Source: Catajapyx aquilonaris (lineage: Eukaryota). From it: 64,000 nt of DNA. Location: the NCBI GenBank assembly GCA_000934665.2, contig JYFJ02001842.1, positions 1-64,000 of the forward strand, read 5' to 3'. The translations under genes and the position numbers were made by a program. Below, piece after piece: positions 35,601-50,600 of the stretch. Within the stretch, counting starts at the first letter, position 1; each line of letters begins with the position of its first letter. The notes under the pieces are model-generated. The model saw nothing but the letters and a program-made list of their open reading frames with translations. It searched no databases and was not told where the DNA came from.

Positions 35601-38600
35601 ATGATGGTTGCTGCAGTCCGTTAACCCAAAGAACGATATGATGTCACACCAGCCGTGTTTTCTGAGCGTGTGCAGTAGTATGCCTGCAGAGTGAGTTGTG
35701 GGCATGATTGGAGGGGAGAGCCGGGTGGTGGTGGGCGGAACTTGGCGTCATGTAGTTCGTTGGTTTAACGGACTGTGTGAAGGTGTACTTCGCGCTTGGC
35801 AAAGCCACAATAACGTTCGTTGGCCTGCGGCGCCACAAGACGGACAGTAAATGTTGCGGATACAGAAACCCACAATAAGCGCCCAGCTTCGCTGCCGTTC
35901 CGCAAAAACTGAAAATATCACGCACAGGCGACGTACCGTGCCTGGCAGGGCCACAACAATGTACAGTACTGTTGCGGTAACAAAAAGCCATACAGCAACA
36001 CCAAGACAAAGGGCCATTCCATCCACTTAATCACCTCAAAATCCCGAATTGAATCCCCGAAAGCCCGACAAGAAGAATAAAGCACAGTTCCATGTAACCA
36101 TGCAGCAGTATCAATAGGCACCAGATTGTTTGCAACACAACGTTGCCAACCGTCGGGAGGCCCCCCACCCGATACACAATAGTTTATCCACATTTTCAAC
36201 AATGGAACCCTTGTTTATTTTCATTTATTCATTGTTATTACATGCAATTTCAAAATTCAGTTACTCTTGAACCAACCATTTCCGCACACTAGGAATAGTG
36301 TCATTCGACTCTGCTCATCGAGTAGATTCAGGAAATATATAGAAAACTGCAAAGTTTTTGCGGACCTAAACTGCACCGAAACCGGAATTAATTCCGGGGT
36401 CCCTGGTCACTTCCCGGACTTCAAACCCAGAAGCAAAACAACGAATCAAAGGGTCGGCAAGCCGCAGGTACTGTTTCCTAATTGATTCGGCGAATGTCCC
36501 ATATACTGGACTTCAGCCCGGGTCTTTTTCCACTTTTCACCCACCATGTTTGGGCAGACCTACACTCCCTCCTCTGTCCAGGGTCAGAAGGAAAGGTCTG
36601 GTTATAAGGATGGTCTGAAATGACTCAAAACTAGGTATAACACTCTCCCCTGGGAACCTCCCCCTTCCCGTGGACCTGAGCGAGTGAGCGTTGTAATGAA
36701 ACATACTGATGTAATGACGCTAAGTAAGTAAAAGTCTGCATAATACTTCAAAGGAGGTCGACACTACCCCATATTATAATTTTGTACAGATAATTCACAA
36801 GCAATTTTGTGATGCAATGTCAGTTTGCACCTAAGGTAGTGTCACTAAATTTTTTCCGGTGTCACTTATAAAGGGGTCTATATCTAGGTGTAGGTGCAAG
36901 TGAAGTATTTATAAATTGAACGAGGGTTTTCATTGTCATATTGATTTCTTACGAAAATAAGTAAAAAAATGTTATTCAGCTTCAGGCTTGAACATCAGCA
37001 ATAGCAGCCTCTTCTCCCTCTTTGTTCAAGATGCCAAACAGCTAAAATAAAATCTAAGATCATCACCAACTTATGCTTGATTTACCTGCCATGTCTCCCA
37101 GTTCACCTCCTGCCTACTCTACCCATCCCATGCCCTATGTTAAAGGGATACCCAATTATTAGATTTGGTCATGTTAGTCATGGCAGATCAAGACCCAGAA
37201 TGTTCAAGCAATTGTTCATTTTGACCCTCGAAATATACAATGTGTATCATGTGCATGCTAACAGAGTGAATGTGTGAGTGGACCTAACCTGTCTGTGTAC
37301 CTGTGCGTGTGTGCTTAGGATGACAGCGCCTTGTGGAGACTCATGCAACATAAGCTAGGCCCAAGCAGTGGCCACCTCTTCCTAACTCATCTCCCCATAA
37401 GACTGCCTGACAGTCGGGTCAGGGAGAGTGGGGGTTATTATGAGGGTGAGCGTCATCATCGATGGATTGGGGACTGCTCTGGTGACAGTGATGAGGATGG
37501 GCGCCTGGTGTGCACCAGGGGTTGTGGAGGACGGAAGGAGTTTGCTTTTGAATGTGGAATTCGAGCCACTAGGCCCATGATTGTGTGGGAAGAGGTAAAT
37601 TTTTGTCCCCCCATTCATTTATATTTCAAGTTTTGCAGTGTGTATGGTGTATGGTCTGCTTGAGAATGCATGTGTGGGGAGCTTTCGGGTTGGATTTTCA
37701 GTTCTTTCTTCGAAGACTGTCCTGGCAACAAACTGGAGTGTTGTACTTATTTCAGGCTTGTTTTCCAGCTGTGGCACACCTATTTCAATGTTATGGAGAA
37801 TTTGCTACAGGAACCATGAGAGCTTTGTAAGACCAAGACATGTTAGAGTGGGCAGTGGCGCAAGAATGGTTATGATGTTGACCTTGACTAATATGCTAGT
37901 TCTACAAAAACTTATTATGGCACTCTGTCACAAAATCACACATTTAAACACTTCCAAGTGGGAGAAGGTGATGGCAAAAACTACTTAGAAAACTTACTGT
38001 CAACCTGGTGTGAGTCCATATGTTATGTATCCATATAGTATTATATATCCATAATATAGTCCATATGTATGGGTTATGGACTCACACCAGGTTGGTGTCA
38101 GTTGAACCATGGTTTCTTCAAGCTAGATAATTACAACTGAGAGGCCAACTGGAGACTTCCACAGGGGGTAGCCCCACAGTCTCTTATATTAGTTACACAC
38201 AAGCAGGATGTGACCGTACTGATAATAAATTAGTCAACATACAAATACAGTCCTGTATGAAGTTGTCAGTAACCCTGCACAGACTTTTACACTCAGAATT
38301 TTTGAAAATATATATTCTGGAGATTATTCATAATTCATACCCAGTTATCAGCCTATCGGCTCTTTAAGGGGGAAGTTTTGTTTTGCCTGGAACTCTTTGC
38401 TTTCATTTTACTGCGCTTTTTGGGATAGGATAGGGACGGAAGGAAGTGGCTGTGGCCTATTAATTACGGAAACAACTCCGGAATTTTCCTGGAAGGACCG
38501 TGGGAAACCACAGAAAACCACGGTCAGAGTTGCCGGCCCCGGGATTTGATCCCAGGACATCCCGATTAGCAGTCGGACACCATATCCCCTACTCCAAACT

Positions 38601-41600
38601 GCTTCGGTATATTCTGGAGATTATTAATAACAATAGATGTAAAATATGCAACTTTTAAGTTGCTGAGTTTTTGCTCAACAGGGACCACCCATGCAGGGCA
38701 TTGTCCTTTTTTGGGTTTCCAGTTTCCAGTCCCATTTCTTACCTGACCCAAACTGTCATGCAATGTTGCATAAACTTTGTGACCCTCATTTAGAAAAGGC
38801 ATATAAGAACCATCCTTATGTAGAGCAGGGCAGATTGAGAATTTTTTTGTGGAATTATTTTTGTGTGTCAAATTGTTCTTGTAGAAGCTCTGTAATCTGT
38901 CAGTGTTATAATCATCAGATAAGCACTGAGGTTATTAAAGCACATTTATGTTGGTCTGCAAGTGTTTCAACATGCCCCACTGATAGGGTAAGTTAAATTG
39001 CCTTGTCAGAAAATGAAGCCACGTGCTGGGCAGAAATGAGGGGGTTAAAATCAAAAACCGACAGCTCCGTCATAAACGTAACAGAGAAAAACGAGAAAAA
39101 CCTACAGTTTCGCCGTATATGTCAACTTAGATACCTGAATGTAGCGGCTATTCCCATGTACATATGTAGGGTTTTTGATACCATATTCAGGTATTATGTA
39201 GTCCATGGCATGAGGAATGCATTTCCAACGCTAACTCATTTTTTAAAATTTTCTGGAGCTGTTGGTTTTTGATTTTAACCCCCTCAAATATAGGGTCAAA
39301 AGAATAACTTTTGCATCAGAGAAACGTCTTATTTTTTCTCTCTGGCACTGAGAATCACACTGCCACAGAATCAGACTTGACTGGGAAAGCTACACTGGGG
39401 GTCCATTCAAGGGCAGTATGAAATCCCGAAGCCAGGTAGTTCTTAAATAATTGTTTCAAACTACCCTGTTGTCCCCAACTATGTAGATTTTTAAAAGCAC
39501 TGTAGTGGTACTGTACTGTACTGTACTGTAAAATTAACTACTCTTATGGAGTTACCAATACTCATATTTTCCATTCAAAATACGTATTTATAGATACTGT
39601 AACTTAAATGACATCTTTTTGTTTCACATCCGGTGTAAGAAAGTGACGCAAGTAATCTTCTGATTATTAAGCATTACCAGTATATTTTGGATCATACACC
39701 TTCTTCCCCTGACTCCCACCTTCAACCTTGTGTCAATGACTACATGGAGAGTCCCTCATGGGTTAAAGGGAAACACATAATTTTATGCATTTTTTCAGTT
39801 CCCTGATTCTCATTTTCTGACATGGGAGGACACATATGACTAATGTGACAATTTTAAAGTACAATTTTGGTTGATGTACAGTTTTATCAGTCATGTCCTC
39901 ATTTATGAAATGCACATGTATGCCTAAGTCTTTTCTTTTATTCATAAATAATGAAACTCAACATACTGACATCTGTCGTGTTACGGATCATTCACACGTT
40001 CTCAGAAACAGAACCAACAGGTCTCTTTCACAAGATATATTGGAAAGATTTTCTTCTCAGGGAATAAATAAGAAATCAGCCACACCCACCTCTTATGTTC
40101 ATGTGTTGAGGATGCATGTAATTAACTCATCAATATTCATTAAGCACTTATTTTTCTTGCTAAGCTGTCCATGTTTTTATGGTAGGGAAATGAGAAGCAT
40201 ATACTTGTAGCAAGTACCCTCCCTGCGTGAGAGAGGCAGGGAGGTAAATAAATGAATTGAATTGAATTGAATACTTGTAGCAAGTATAATTTTATAAAAC
40301 AGCGGTAATGCATGGCTTATGTCATTCAAGATTTGTGACATTCTTACATTAAAGGGACATCCACTCAAAACAAGTTTGGCTCTAAAAATCGGGCAAAACA
40401 TCCTGAATCCGAAGGTGCAATCAGTTTTTCGCTACGCAGAACGGTAATCCCAGGGCGAGGGATCAAAGTGGGGATATTCAAATAGTGCGCTAGAAGCTGG
40501 CCGCCCGCCAGCGACGCCCTCAGGACCTTGGGAACTGGAGGGCTGCTTCCGCCTGCCCGCGTGCTTAGGCCCATCTCAGAGCGGTGCAGCCCTCCAGTTC
40601 CCCTGTTCCCCGCGTGGCAGCGCCGCTCATTAGCAGACGACACACTTTGACACCTCGCCCTGGGATTACCGTTCTGCGTAGTGAAAAACGAATTGCACCG
40701 TCGGATTCAGGATTTTTTGCTCCATTTTTTGAGCCAAACTTGTTTTTTGAGTGGAGTGTCCCTTTAAGGGGGATTTCGACCACATCTTAAGTCCCCTAAA
40801 ATAAAGCAATACTGTTACGGTTTATTATTATTATCTGAGGGGCATATCAGTGATTTTGAAAATGCCACATCTGCCCAGCTTGTAAGGAATACTAACAACT
40901 ATAGTCATTTGCTTATAATGCCATCATGCATAGGATTTTATTTATTTTTTGTCCACTCCCCCTCCTTCGCTCCAACTTGATACTTGGAATAATCCCCTGA
41001 TCTATTAAAAGTCATATCTAGTGTATTTACTTTTAAGATAAGCCATCCTAAACCTAAGAGATTGCATTTTAGGGCTTATTGTTTACATTTCACGCATGAA
41101 AGTTATGCTTGTATACAGTCTCTGTGTCATGTCATAATGACCTGAAAACTGTAGCAGAAAGGATATTTTATATCCATTTATGATAATGTCTTAAATTTTT
41201 AATGCCATTTTTCCTCAAATGTTATTTAATATCAGTTCATTATATTTGTTCCTTTTTAAAACTTTTATTACTTTTTAGGTTAGCATGAATGTTTGCAGGC
41301 ATTTGAAGATATTATAGGTAACTTTCAATATTTAGTTGTATGATTTCTCCAATCTAAATGCCAATTATGAATCCTTGTGAGGAGATTGCACATGCCAATG
41401 AAGCTTAATAGTTGTTCCCTTGCTCACCATAGATGTCATCATTTGGAAATATTAATAATCCTAATCATAATATAACAGATAACTTGTGTTTCACTGATGA
41501 TTATAAATGAAAATATCTTAAATTTAGTGGCATACATAAATATGGACTGTCCCCACTCTCTTTTTCACTGTTTAGTTGCAGATGGCTGCTTCTTATCTCA

Positions 41601-44600
41601 AATTTTGCTAGAAGGGGCATATGGCAGCACTTCATATTATTCTGTTATGCAACACACTGATCAGATCCACATTGAGAATGCAATAATATGCTACAGTGGT
41701 GATTACCTCTTTCCATATGAGTAATTCATTATTCAGCCTGCTGCACTCAAGATGCACAAGCATGTTCACCAGTTTACTAAATCATAGCATGCATGGTTCT
41801 TGTGCCAGGTGCCAGAAGGCCACACAGGAGCTGGACACAATTTCCAGCCTCGAGAAATGGACCATCCCACTTGGTGTGACCGCTGCGGGGACTTAGTCTG
41901 GGGTCTGGCCACCACTCACTACCTTCGCTGCAGAAGTAAGTATTCACATTTCCATCTGGTATTATTGAGTGATGAAGCTTACATATTGGTCACATTGGAA
42001 CATTGGTGTATCTGCTTATGGAAAGCCACAATTGCAATAGTGTGCATTCTTTTTCTCATGAAGCTAGAGTTTACATGGGTTTTCTCTCTTTCACTTGGGA
42101 TTTCTTGGGGTTTTATTTCCTCATACAATCAAATTCCAATCACAGGGCACTCAAAGAATATGTTTCAACATCAGGTCATTTAAAAAAGGATCCCCCTGCC
42201 GCCAATGGGCCTGTATCAGCCAGTTATTTTATTAGCCTACTTATTGCTCCAAGATAACATTTCCTGGTGCAGCAATTATTACTTTCGAATTTTTGGGGGA
42301 AGAATCTTTTCTGTTACGAAGCATACCCTTTGGCAATGAGCCAGTCCTGCATCTATGCCACACCCCTTGCTTGAGAACAAAGATCCTTCCTGACTCAAAG
42401 CATTTTTAGTCCCTGGGCTGCCCCTGATCCTGACCTGCAGTACGTGCATTTTAACTTGTGAATTTGCTTCTTTATGATTTCCTTGCTGTTCATAGTGATT
42501 GATACTGCCATGCGCCATCAAATGTAATTGATATTGACTTGTGTCGTCAAATGTAATGTAATATTAATGGAACAATCCAATGTATTTTACATAAGAATTC
42601 AAGGTGTCATTGGATGCATTAACTGGACAGTGTGCAGCACTCCATTACCATGTGGGTGTGGTGTAATGAATAATAATCCACAGTAAACATTACTGTCTTT
42701 TATGGTAATTCCTCTGTCATTTTAAATGTAGTTGCCCACTGAGGTACACACACACACCACACCTAGAATGAAACTGCAGTTAGTTGGAATTGAAGTCCAA
42801 TATTATTTACTCGTCAAGTAATGAATGTATTGCACCTCGTAGGAAATGTTCATATAGGCCTAAACAGTGATGCCATGTCCCCTGAGTAGTAGACCATTCA
42901 GTACCTTTCCATTCGACCACCTGCAAACTGTACAAATTTAATTCAAGCAGGCTGCAGCTGGGAAGCGATGATATTCATAACCTGCAGAGACCCAGTAAGA
43001 TTATCCCTTTAGTGTTGCCATGCCTTGGGGATATATGCAGCCAGTGCCAACATCTCTTGCAGCAAGAGCTCATTATTAATGAATGTAATGTGCAAGACCC
43101 CTAGTGCATTTTACACCACCTCTCATGCATCTGTGATGACATGCAGTTTATACCATAATGCAATTTGTGCAGCGTTGCCATGTTTGATGATGATCCAAGC
43201 AGCTTGCCTCCTCGGCACGCTGTGGAATGTCAGGTGGAAAGAAAGGGCCTTTTTTTCCTTCCAATTTTTTTTCCTTCTAAAACTTTCACCTTCCCCAAGA
43301 ATGCAAGCGATTGGTAGGGCCCCGCTGCTGACCAACAGCAGAGGGCACCCCCCTGCCATTGTACAGGCAAGGACTCCCCCGCAACCCGACTGAGGGTTCT
43401 CTCAGTTTGAATCTCGTGCAGCTGCAGGCAGGTGTGTTTCGCCATTCAGCCGGTGATATATTCCACGCGTGTGCCCCGGGTCATCCAACTTATGGGGCGT
43501 TCTTGGTTTCGGTTACATCGGGGGTGTTGATTTGATTGGTGGGACCCACTCTGGAGTTAGGTTGTATTGTCCATTGTGTAAATATGTGTCATCACAAAGA
43601 CATCTCGATAACAATCCGTGATGGCGCGTCTTAACGTCAGATAGGGGCTTAAATGTCATTGCCACCGTCGATGCCTTCATTCTGCAAGGGTGGCGCAATT
43701 TAGTTTGCCCGCAGCCAAGGGCGAAATCAAGGCAGTATATTTGATCCTCCATCATTCATTGAAGCGAAGCAGCAAGAAGCCAATTAGCCTCAGATCATCC
43801 TTATCCGTCCTTCGGCTCCTCCAGAGGGGATGTTGCTAGACGTGCTTGCTTACTTGCTGGCGGGGAGAGAAGGGGTTGTCAGGGCCGTAGCCTTCGTTGG
43901 ACTCGGGCTATTTTTAGGTCGGATTCTAGAGTTGAGGGAAGTTGCTTTCGAAATGGGCGAAAACATATTTTGTCGGGTCTCTTTAAAGATTTGGCGAAAG
44001 GTGGGGATGTGTCCAATTTTGCTATTTTTTGCGGAATTTTGTGTGTGGGAAGCAATTTTGCGTTGAAACCAAATGCGAAATTGGATCTATATTTTTGAGC
44101 GATATAATGTAGGACACTCGTGACGTAGAAGATTGTGCCGAAGGGCTGTACAATTAGCATGTATGTGATTAAGATAGTAATGAAGTGACGCGAGGGAGGA
44201 GGAACTGGAGCAAAATAATCTTGCAAAATTATGTCGACTGTTCTTCCTGCTGGTGTAGTTTATACTTGCGTTTGCTGGGTACTAATCGTGTGCTGCGTTG
44301 ATATTTCGACTTCGCTTTTTCTCATGGATTGCTGCCCTGATATGCCTATGAGGAAGTATGATTCTGGAACTATTCACCCTTGACATTACGTGTACATTTT
44401 TTAACAATACTTTCCCGCCCTGTCATGTGTACAGAGAATTAGTGCGTGACGGAATCGGCCGTCTTCCTTATAAGGGCACTAGGTTTTGTCTTCTGCGACA
44501 AGTGAAAATGCAGAGACTGTTTGTTTTTCTTGCAGTTTCCCATTCTAAAAACGGGTCAAGTTGCATCAGATGTTGCTGAAGATTGACATTAGAGAAGCAC

Positions 44601-47600
44601 TAAAAGGGGGTACTAAACGGAACTCAACAATTGTCTCTTGCAATATATGGCGGACGGAAAGTGACGCTTGAGAGTAAATGAAAACCACACAGTCATATTA
44701 ACTGCTGGAAATGACGTCGTAACTTTCTTACCGTACATTGTTACATAGGACATCACAAGAGCCTGTTATCACGCAAGTATTGGAAACAGGTTCTGCTGCT
44801 TTCTGAATCTTACTTGCCTCTTGCAGGAGCGATATTAGTTTCACAACCCTACATACGCATTTCCCAGGAGATACGATTGTTGTTTACATCTCATGGTTAC
44901 TCAATGCATTCCTCAAGTGTCAAGTCCGAAGTGAAATCTTAGTGTATTGATAAAGGAGTCACGCACAAAGGTTTATGGCTTAAAAATATGCACGTGGTGA
45001 TGATTAATTATTGTAAATACCGGTATCCCAGCTTAATGTACAGAATGAAGTAGCTGTCATGTGCTTATAGCATGGGTTCAGATGAGTTCAGATTCAAACA
45101 TTGCACCTTAAGTGTTGCTGCAATATTGGCCAATAGACAGCGATATAGAAGGACATTCACCTGTGGAATTCATTTATGTTTGCATCTTTATGGCGTGACA
45201 TTTTTATTACTTTAATCGCGAAGGAATCAGCTCCCACATTATTTACGATAATATACATATCATCTACATATTATTCGAGCTGCTCCGTTGAGTGAACGTC
45301 CTCCCAAATTGGCAGCTGCCTGCACAGCAAGCCGTAATTAGGTCACGCGGAATTTCCAAACGGGGCAGCTCAATTTCCGATTGAATTGTAAAAGCGTCGT
45401 CCACTGTCGCGGCCAATGATCCAACAAGACAAATTGATCCCGGTCGCGTCCACGTCACGGCCGCGACTCACATTTGTTGTCTCAAGTCGTTCATCAGTTA
45501 GGATTAGGTCTTGGCGATAACCCGTGTTAGTGCGGATCCATCGATTTGTGGCTGACCCGGTTCATTACGTATAGGGTCGGATGATAACACACGAGTCACA
45601 GTCGTTGCGTCACAATGCATCGGCCTGCAGGGTAAAAGTAGGTCGATTTTAGGTAGCCCATTTTTTGAGTGACATTTGGGCCTGATTTTTTCAGCCGCCT
45701 TGTGCCCACGTTAATGCCGTTTATATGGCCGGACCCGGATAAATGACACTCCGCATGGTAATGCACAGTAGGTGATGCCCTAGTGCGGCACGCCATTCTT
45801 GCCCGTAATTTAGTGGCGTAACAGCCGTCTGGTGGCGGCTGGTCTCGAATTTTTCCGATAGCATCTCTAGTCCGCGCCTGGTATTAGATTACGGGCTTTC
45901 GAAATTGCATTACGTGGCTGCTGCCGTGGCCGTAACTTAAAAGAAAATTGCCGAATTTTCTGCGATTTAATCGTCAGATTATCTGTTGTCACTCTTGCTG
46001 TCATTCTTGGCTATTTCTAGCGTGTGGTATTGTCGTCACGTATTCACTCGAGTGCGTGGGTCTGCAGAGGATTAGTTTTCATTTAGGGGGGCAGGCGCTC
46101 ACTTTTTAGCGTGATATTACCGCTTGTTTATGCCCTGTTTAAAGCGACATTACCCGTCTGGAAGCATTTTAATGTACTGCATGCCACTGCGCATTTAATA
46201 ACACGGGTTTAACATCCGATGCATAAAAAAAGGGGATCGCGGGTCGAAGAATGACGTCAGGGGTGCGGTGCCTGAACCCACGTGATCGGAATCAGAAATA
46301 AGGTTGTTTGTGATTGCGATCGGTTGATCTGCATTACGGGGCATCGATCAGCATCAGTGTAGCCCAGTCCAGAAAAGGAGACGGAAATTGGGCTTTAAAC
46401 AGGTCAAATGTCATACATTTTGTCGCGTTTAATGGTCGGGATTAGAGGAGCAAGAGGTACATCGAATGGAAGGACGGCTGCTGTTAATCAACGCTAATTC
46501 TGGGATACGTGTGGGTTTGGGGGCGCACGTAGGTGTGGCACACATGCTCATATTATTAGGTGCAGGATCGTCTCTTCCGGGTGTGAGGGAGCACCCTGTA
46601 TCGTCTTGTCTGTTTTCACGGACGGGTGGGAGCCATTCAGAGTGACCGTTCCTTCAGCAGGCGCCGACTAAAAGCATTTCTCGTTCACCTGGAATTCTCC
46701 GGAGGTTTCCCCCTCAAGCATCTCACGCTTTTACCACCCATTCCTAAGGCCGTGCAGGTGGTAACAATGTTGATAAAAAAAAGGTGGACCCGGGCCCTTT
46801 GGCATTCTGAAATGCAGCAGTGCGAAATGAGCCGCCCATTGATTGTTGCAATGGGGGAGGCCATGCCCAAGAAATGTATGGTGTCTGAACTGGGTTGAAG
46901 GATGAGGCAGTGGAGATGGGATAGGATCTGGCAAGGTTTTCCGAGGCCGAGCCAGAGAGCGCGTGCGGGCGGTGTGCAGCCAGCATTCCGGACGGACGGA
47001 CCCTGCAAGCTGCTGGCGATCAGTCTGCCTCCGTAACCCTTTGCCAGAAGGTGTGCTCTGTTCATGCGGGATCATACCGGTGTTATTTTAGGTTCGGACC
47101 TAGTGAGTGTATATGTCGGGGTTGAAAGTGCGGGCCCATGCCGTGTGCTTCGACAGTGTATATTGTGACGCCAATGGTTATCGAACCAATGCATTATTTT
47201 GGGAGGCCTTGGTGGACAGGAATGCACGCCCTGATGTTCACCTGTGCCGCAGGAAGGGACGTGCAAATCATGTCTATCGGGCCATCCTGCTGCGTGCCGG
47301 CATTTGTTCTTTGTCCGGAGTTTATGGGAGTTGGCCTAGCTGCTTCGAAGCACCGGAGGAGCGTTGAACTGGCGCTTCCCAGCTGGATGTTTTTACCTGG
47401 TGGTTCTCGGTGCCACATCTGCCTTTTAGGGTCGAGGGAGAACCGTCAGAGGACAGGGGAGAAAATAGGAAATTCCGAAATTCCTTGAAAATTGTTGACC
47501 GTTCGGGGAACTGGTAGGCGGGGAAAAAATAGTCGTAACTTTTCTCGCTAAATTATGCTGGGTAACAATAGGGTTGTGGCAAAATGGTTTTCGTGCCAAT

Positions 47601-50600
47601 TTTGAGCTTCCTGATGTTGGTGCTAGAGGTTAATGGCCATGCAAAAGTACGCGATTGTGCAATCAGGTCAGTGCAAGAGGTGCCCCTGCTTAAGTGCACG
47701 TTATACAGAGGTGTTGACTACTTTTAGATTGGTTGTATAGGTCGATTTTATGCACTCAGGCTGAAAGGTCGTGTCCTCTAGAGGTGAGATCTTTCTCAAT
47801 GCAATAGGTGCTCGTAAATGTATACAACCACGACAGGGTGTCCATTTAGAGTTTCTTCACAGCTACTGTTGATAGGGCGTTACGAAACAGTTGAGGAAAG
47901 GCATGCCAGAAATTAATAGCAAATTGATTGCCTCCTTTTATAGGAACACATTTAGGTTAATACTCGTTGAATCCAAGTCGTGAGATTGTGTGGCACCATT
48001 CATGCTACAAGTATAAACTCTTGTGTTAGTCACCGACAACACGTCAAAAGGCCATTATGTGGGGAAAGTGTGACGCGTGGCAAGGTGCGAGCATATAAAA
48101 CCAACTACGCTCAATGAGCCATTCCTGTACTATGATTGGCTTCTCTCGGTACACTGGAAGGTCAAAAAAGAGGGCATCGTCACATTAGTTGCGGCAACAC
48201 TCAGTCAGGTCTGTCAAAATAAATGAACATGGGAGGTTGCCAAGATCTGTTTCTTGTAAGTTGTAACTATTGTCCATGAGGGATTGAGAACACGAACTTG
48301 AAAAATTGCACCAGTGGAATTGCTGGACTTCCCGTTGCATTATCAGATATTCAAAAATCTGCATAATCAAGCGATGGAATTATTCGTACCATATTGGCTC
48401 CCTCCTATACATGATTCATTACTGACCCCCTCCGCGCAGTATATTTGGAACCTATCGCCTAATTTCGTGGTTGTCCATTAACCTAATCGTGTTTCCGATC
48501 GTACTGATGTGCACTTGCTCATGTAAGTGCCCTCGTTATGATCTGTCCGTAAACGTGAGCGGCGATTTCCGAGTCTTAATGCGGGTTAAATTCTTCGCCG
48601 TAGCTTGTTGCCAGGGAAAAGGCCTCTCCTAAATTTAGGTTGAGTGATGGCTATTGGGTGATGATAAGCTGCGGGAAACTCAGAAGCGTTTCGTCTTGTT
48701 GGTTTTACGACGGACCATGAGTCATGTGCGAAATGGGTGGGGCATGCAGCAGTTCCAGTAGCAAAATCCAGGTCACTTGTGCATGGTGGAGTTGAACAGA
48801 TTACACCCGGATTAGACCCATAATCATGACCAAGATTAGAGATAACGTCCCCAAATCATAAGGGATTCTGCACAGTTACTCTTTTGACAATTCGCAAGCG
48901 TTTGCCATCAATATTGTCAGGTGTCTAAATCATACATTTGCTCAAGCCGGCTGGAGCTCTCAGTCGTAAAATATTCAAGGTTTGTAGCTGGCTTTACCCG
49001 GAAGCAAGCCGTGAATCCGGAAGAGAATCAGTGTAAGAGGCCAGTTCAAGTACCCATTAGTGTATTGAATCCCCATGTCTGAATGTAACTTGGTGTGTTG
49101 AGAATACGCCTGATTGGAATGCCGCGTTGCAAGCCATTTAAGACCAACAGGATGAGATATATAGACTATACGGTATGGAAATGAGGGCCTCTCGACTCCA
49201 GATGCGTCGATAATCAGCTCGATCTATTCTTTAATTAGGATTGTTGCTCCGATATTAATGCAGGTGGTTGAGAAAGCTCGGCTGCAGCCTTAAGTTGGCA
49301 TATGCTGCAGTGGGACTGCATACTGCAGAGGCGAGAGAATGTGGATAGTAACCCAATCGATCTTACAAGAAAGTTTTAAAAAGGTTTAGGTGGACCTGCT
49401 GAGGTACGTTTGAGTCACGTGAAGAGGTGACATATCCGGATACCAAGGAACAAAACACAGCCGTATTTTGGAACCGAAGTTGGGTTCACAAAGCTATGGA
49501 TTAAAACTAGTTTTTTTTGTGCGACCTGCCTCAACTATTTTGCGGAGTTTCTGTCCGTGTCGCGACAGTTTTTTTATTGTCAAAAGTTAACGTGGTGACT
49601 TTAAGCCCTCCGGTGGCATTTTTAAAGTTGGCCTTTTCACCTGGAGGCTGAGATAAAGTGGTGCAGAACGTGAGGGATTTCAGGTTCTGTCATGTCCCAT
49701 GGGACACGTTTTGGTGTCTGCCAACTTTAGAGCCGGAGTATTTGCGGGGACCTAGTCTTTCGGACACTCCTTGATCCTCATTTAGTGCAGATATAGCCGG
49801 AAAAGGTCGTGGATGTTTGCATTTAGTCGCGGAGGTACAGGTCACTAGAGAAAATTTGCAGAGCTGGTTGCGTTGTGAGCGATTATAGTGCAAAGAAGAG
49901 GGGGGGGGGGGAACTTGTGACGTAATTGTAGTCGGTGTATATGTATTGCCCGGAAACTCAAACAGTCGCAGATTTTTTTTTCCAGGCTTCTCATTGTGAT
50001 AAAGCAGCGATAACATCGTTTGGCGTGCTAATTCCTGAGGCATTAGAGATTTAATCTGTACAGGAACTTGGGCTAACAGGAAACGAAGCTATTCGTAATG
50101 AAGAATCCGAAGTACTTCGTGACGAAAAGCTGTAAACCGAACTGTTAATTTGGCACGAAAGGCTTTGCGTATCCATTTATACAGCAGTTTTGGAACGAGA
50201 TTGACGAATCGGATCTATTTTAACGCTGTCGTGTAAGCCAAGGGTATTTCTGGATGCAAATAGTACACCTTGTTTATCAGAAAGTGTATAAGGAAAATAT
50301 TGCTTGGTATGAGAAATCATAATCGGATAGTAGCATTTTTTGTGATATTTTATTCCTTGGCTCTCAGCAAAGTCCTCATTATTGCAGGAGTAAAACAATA
50401 CTTGCACAAATGAACCCGAAAAAGATGGAATTGCCTTACGACATGGATTCCAACACTAACGAACTTCATTAGTAAAGCTTGTCTGGGATTGTTGGACTAG
50501 GAGCGAGAGTGGGCAATGCTTCTTTGGCTAATGCGATGGGGGCGAAGAATACTTCAGGCGGAGTTTTAACCATGAAAAATGGAACCGAATTAGGGAATGG

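Noticed and set aside
34395..36026. Duplicated Cys-rich ORFs (CCMAFC.RN) resembling a THAP-domain start
   Set aside because: No downstream THAP W/C/HF motifs, and the frames differ between the two D copies; not supportable as a protein.
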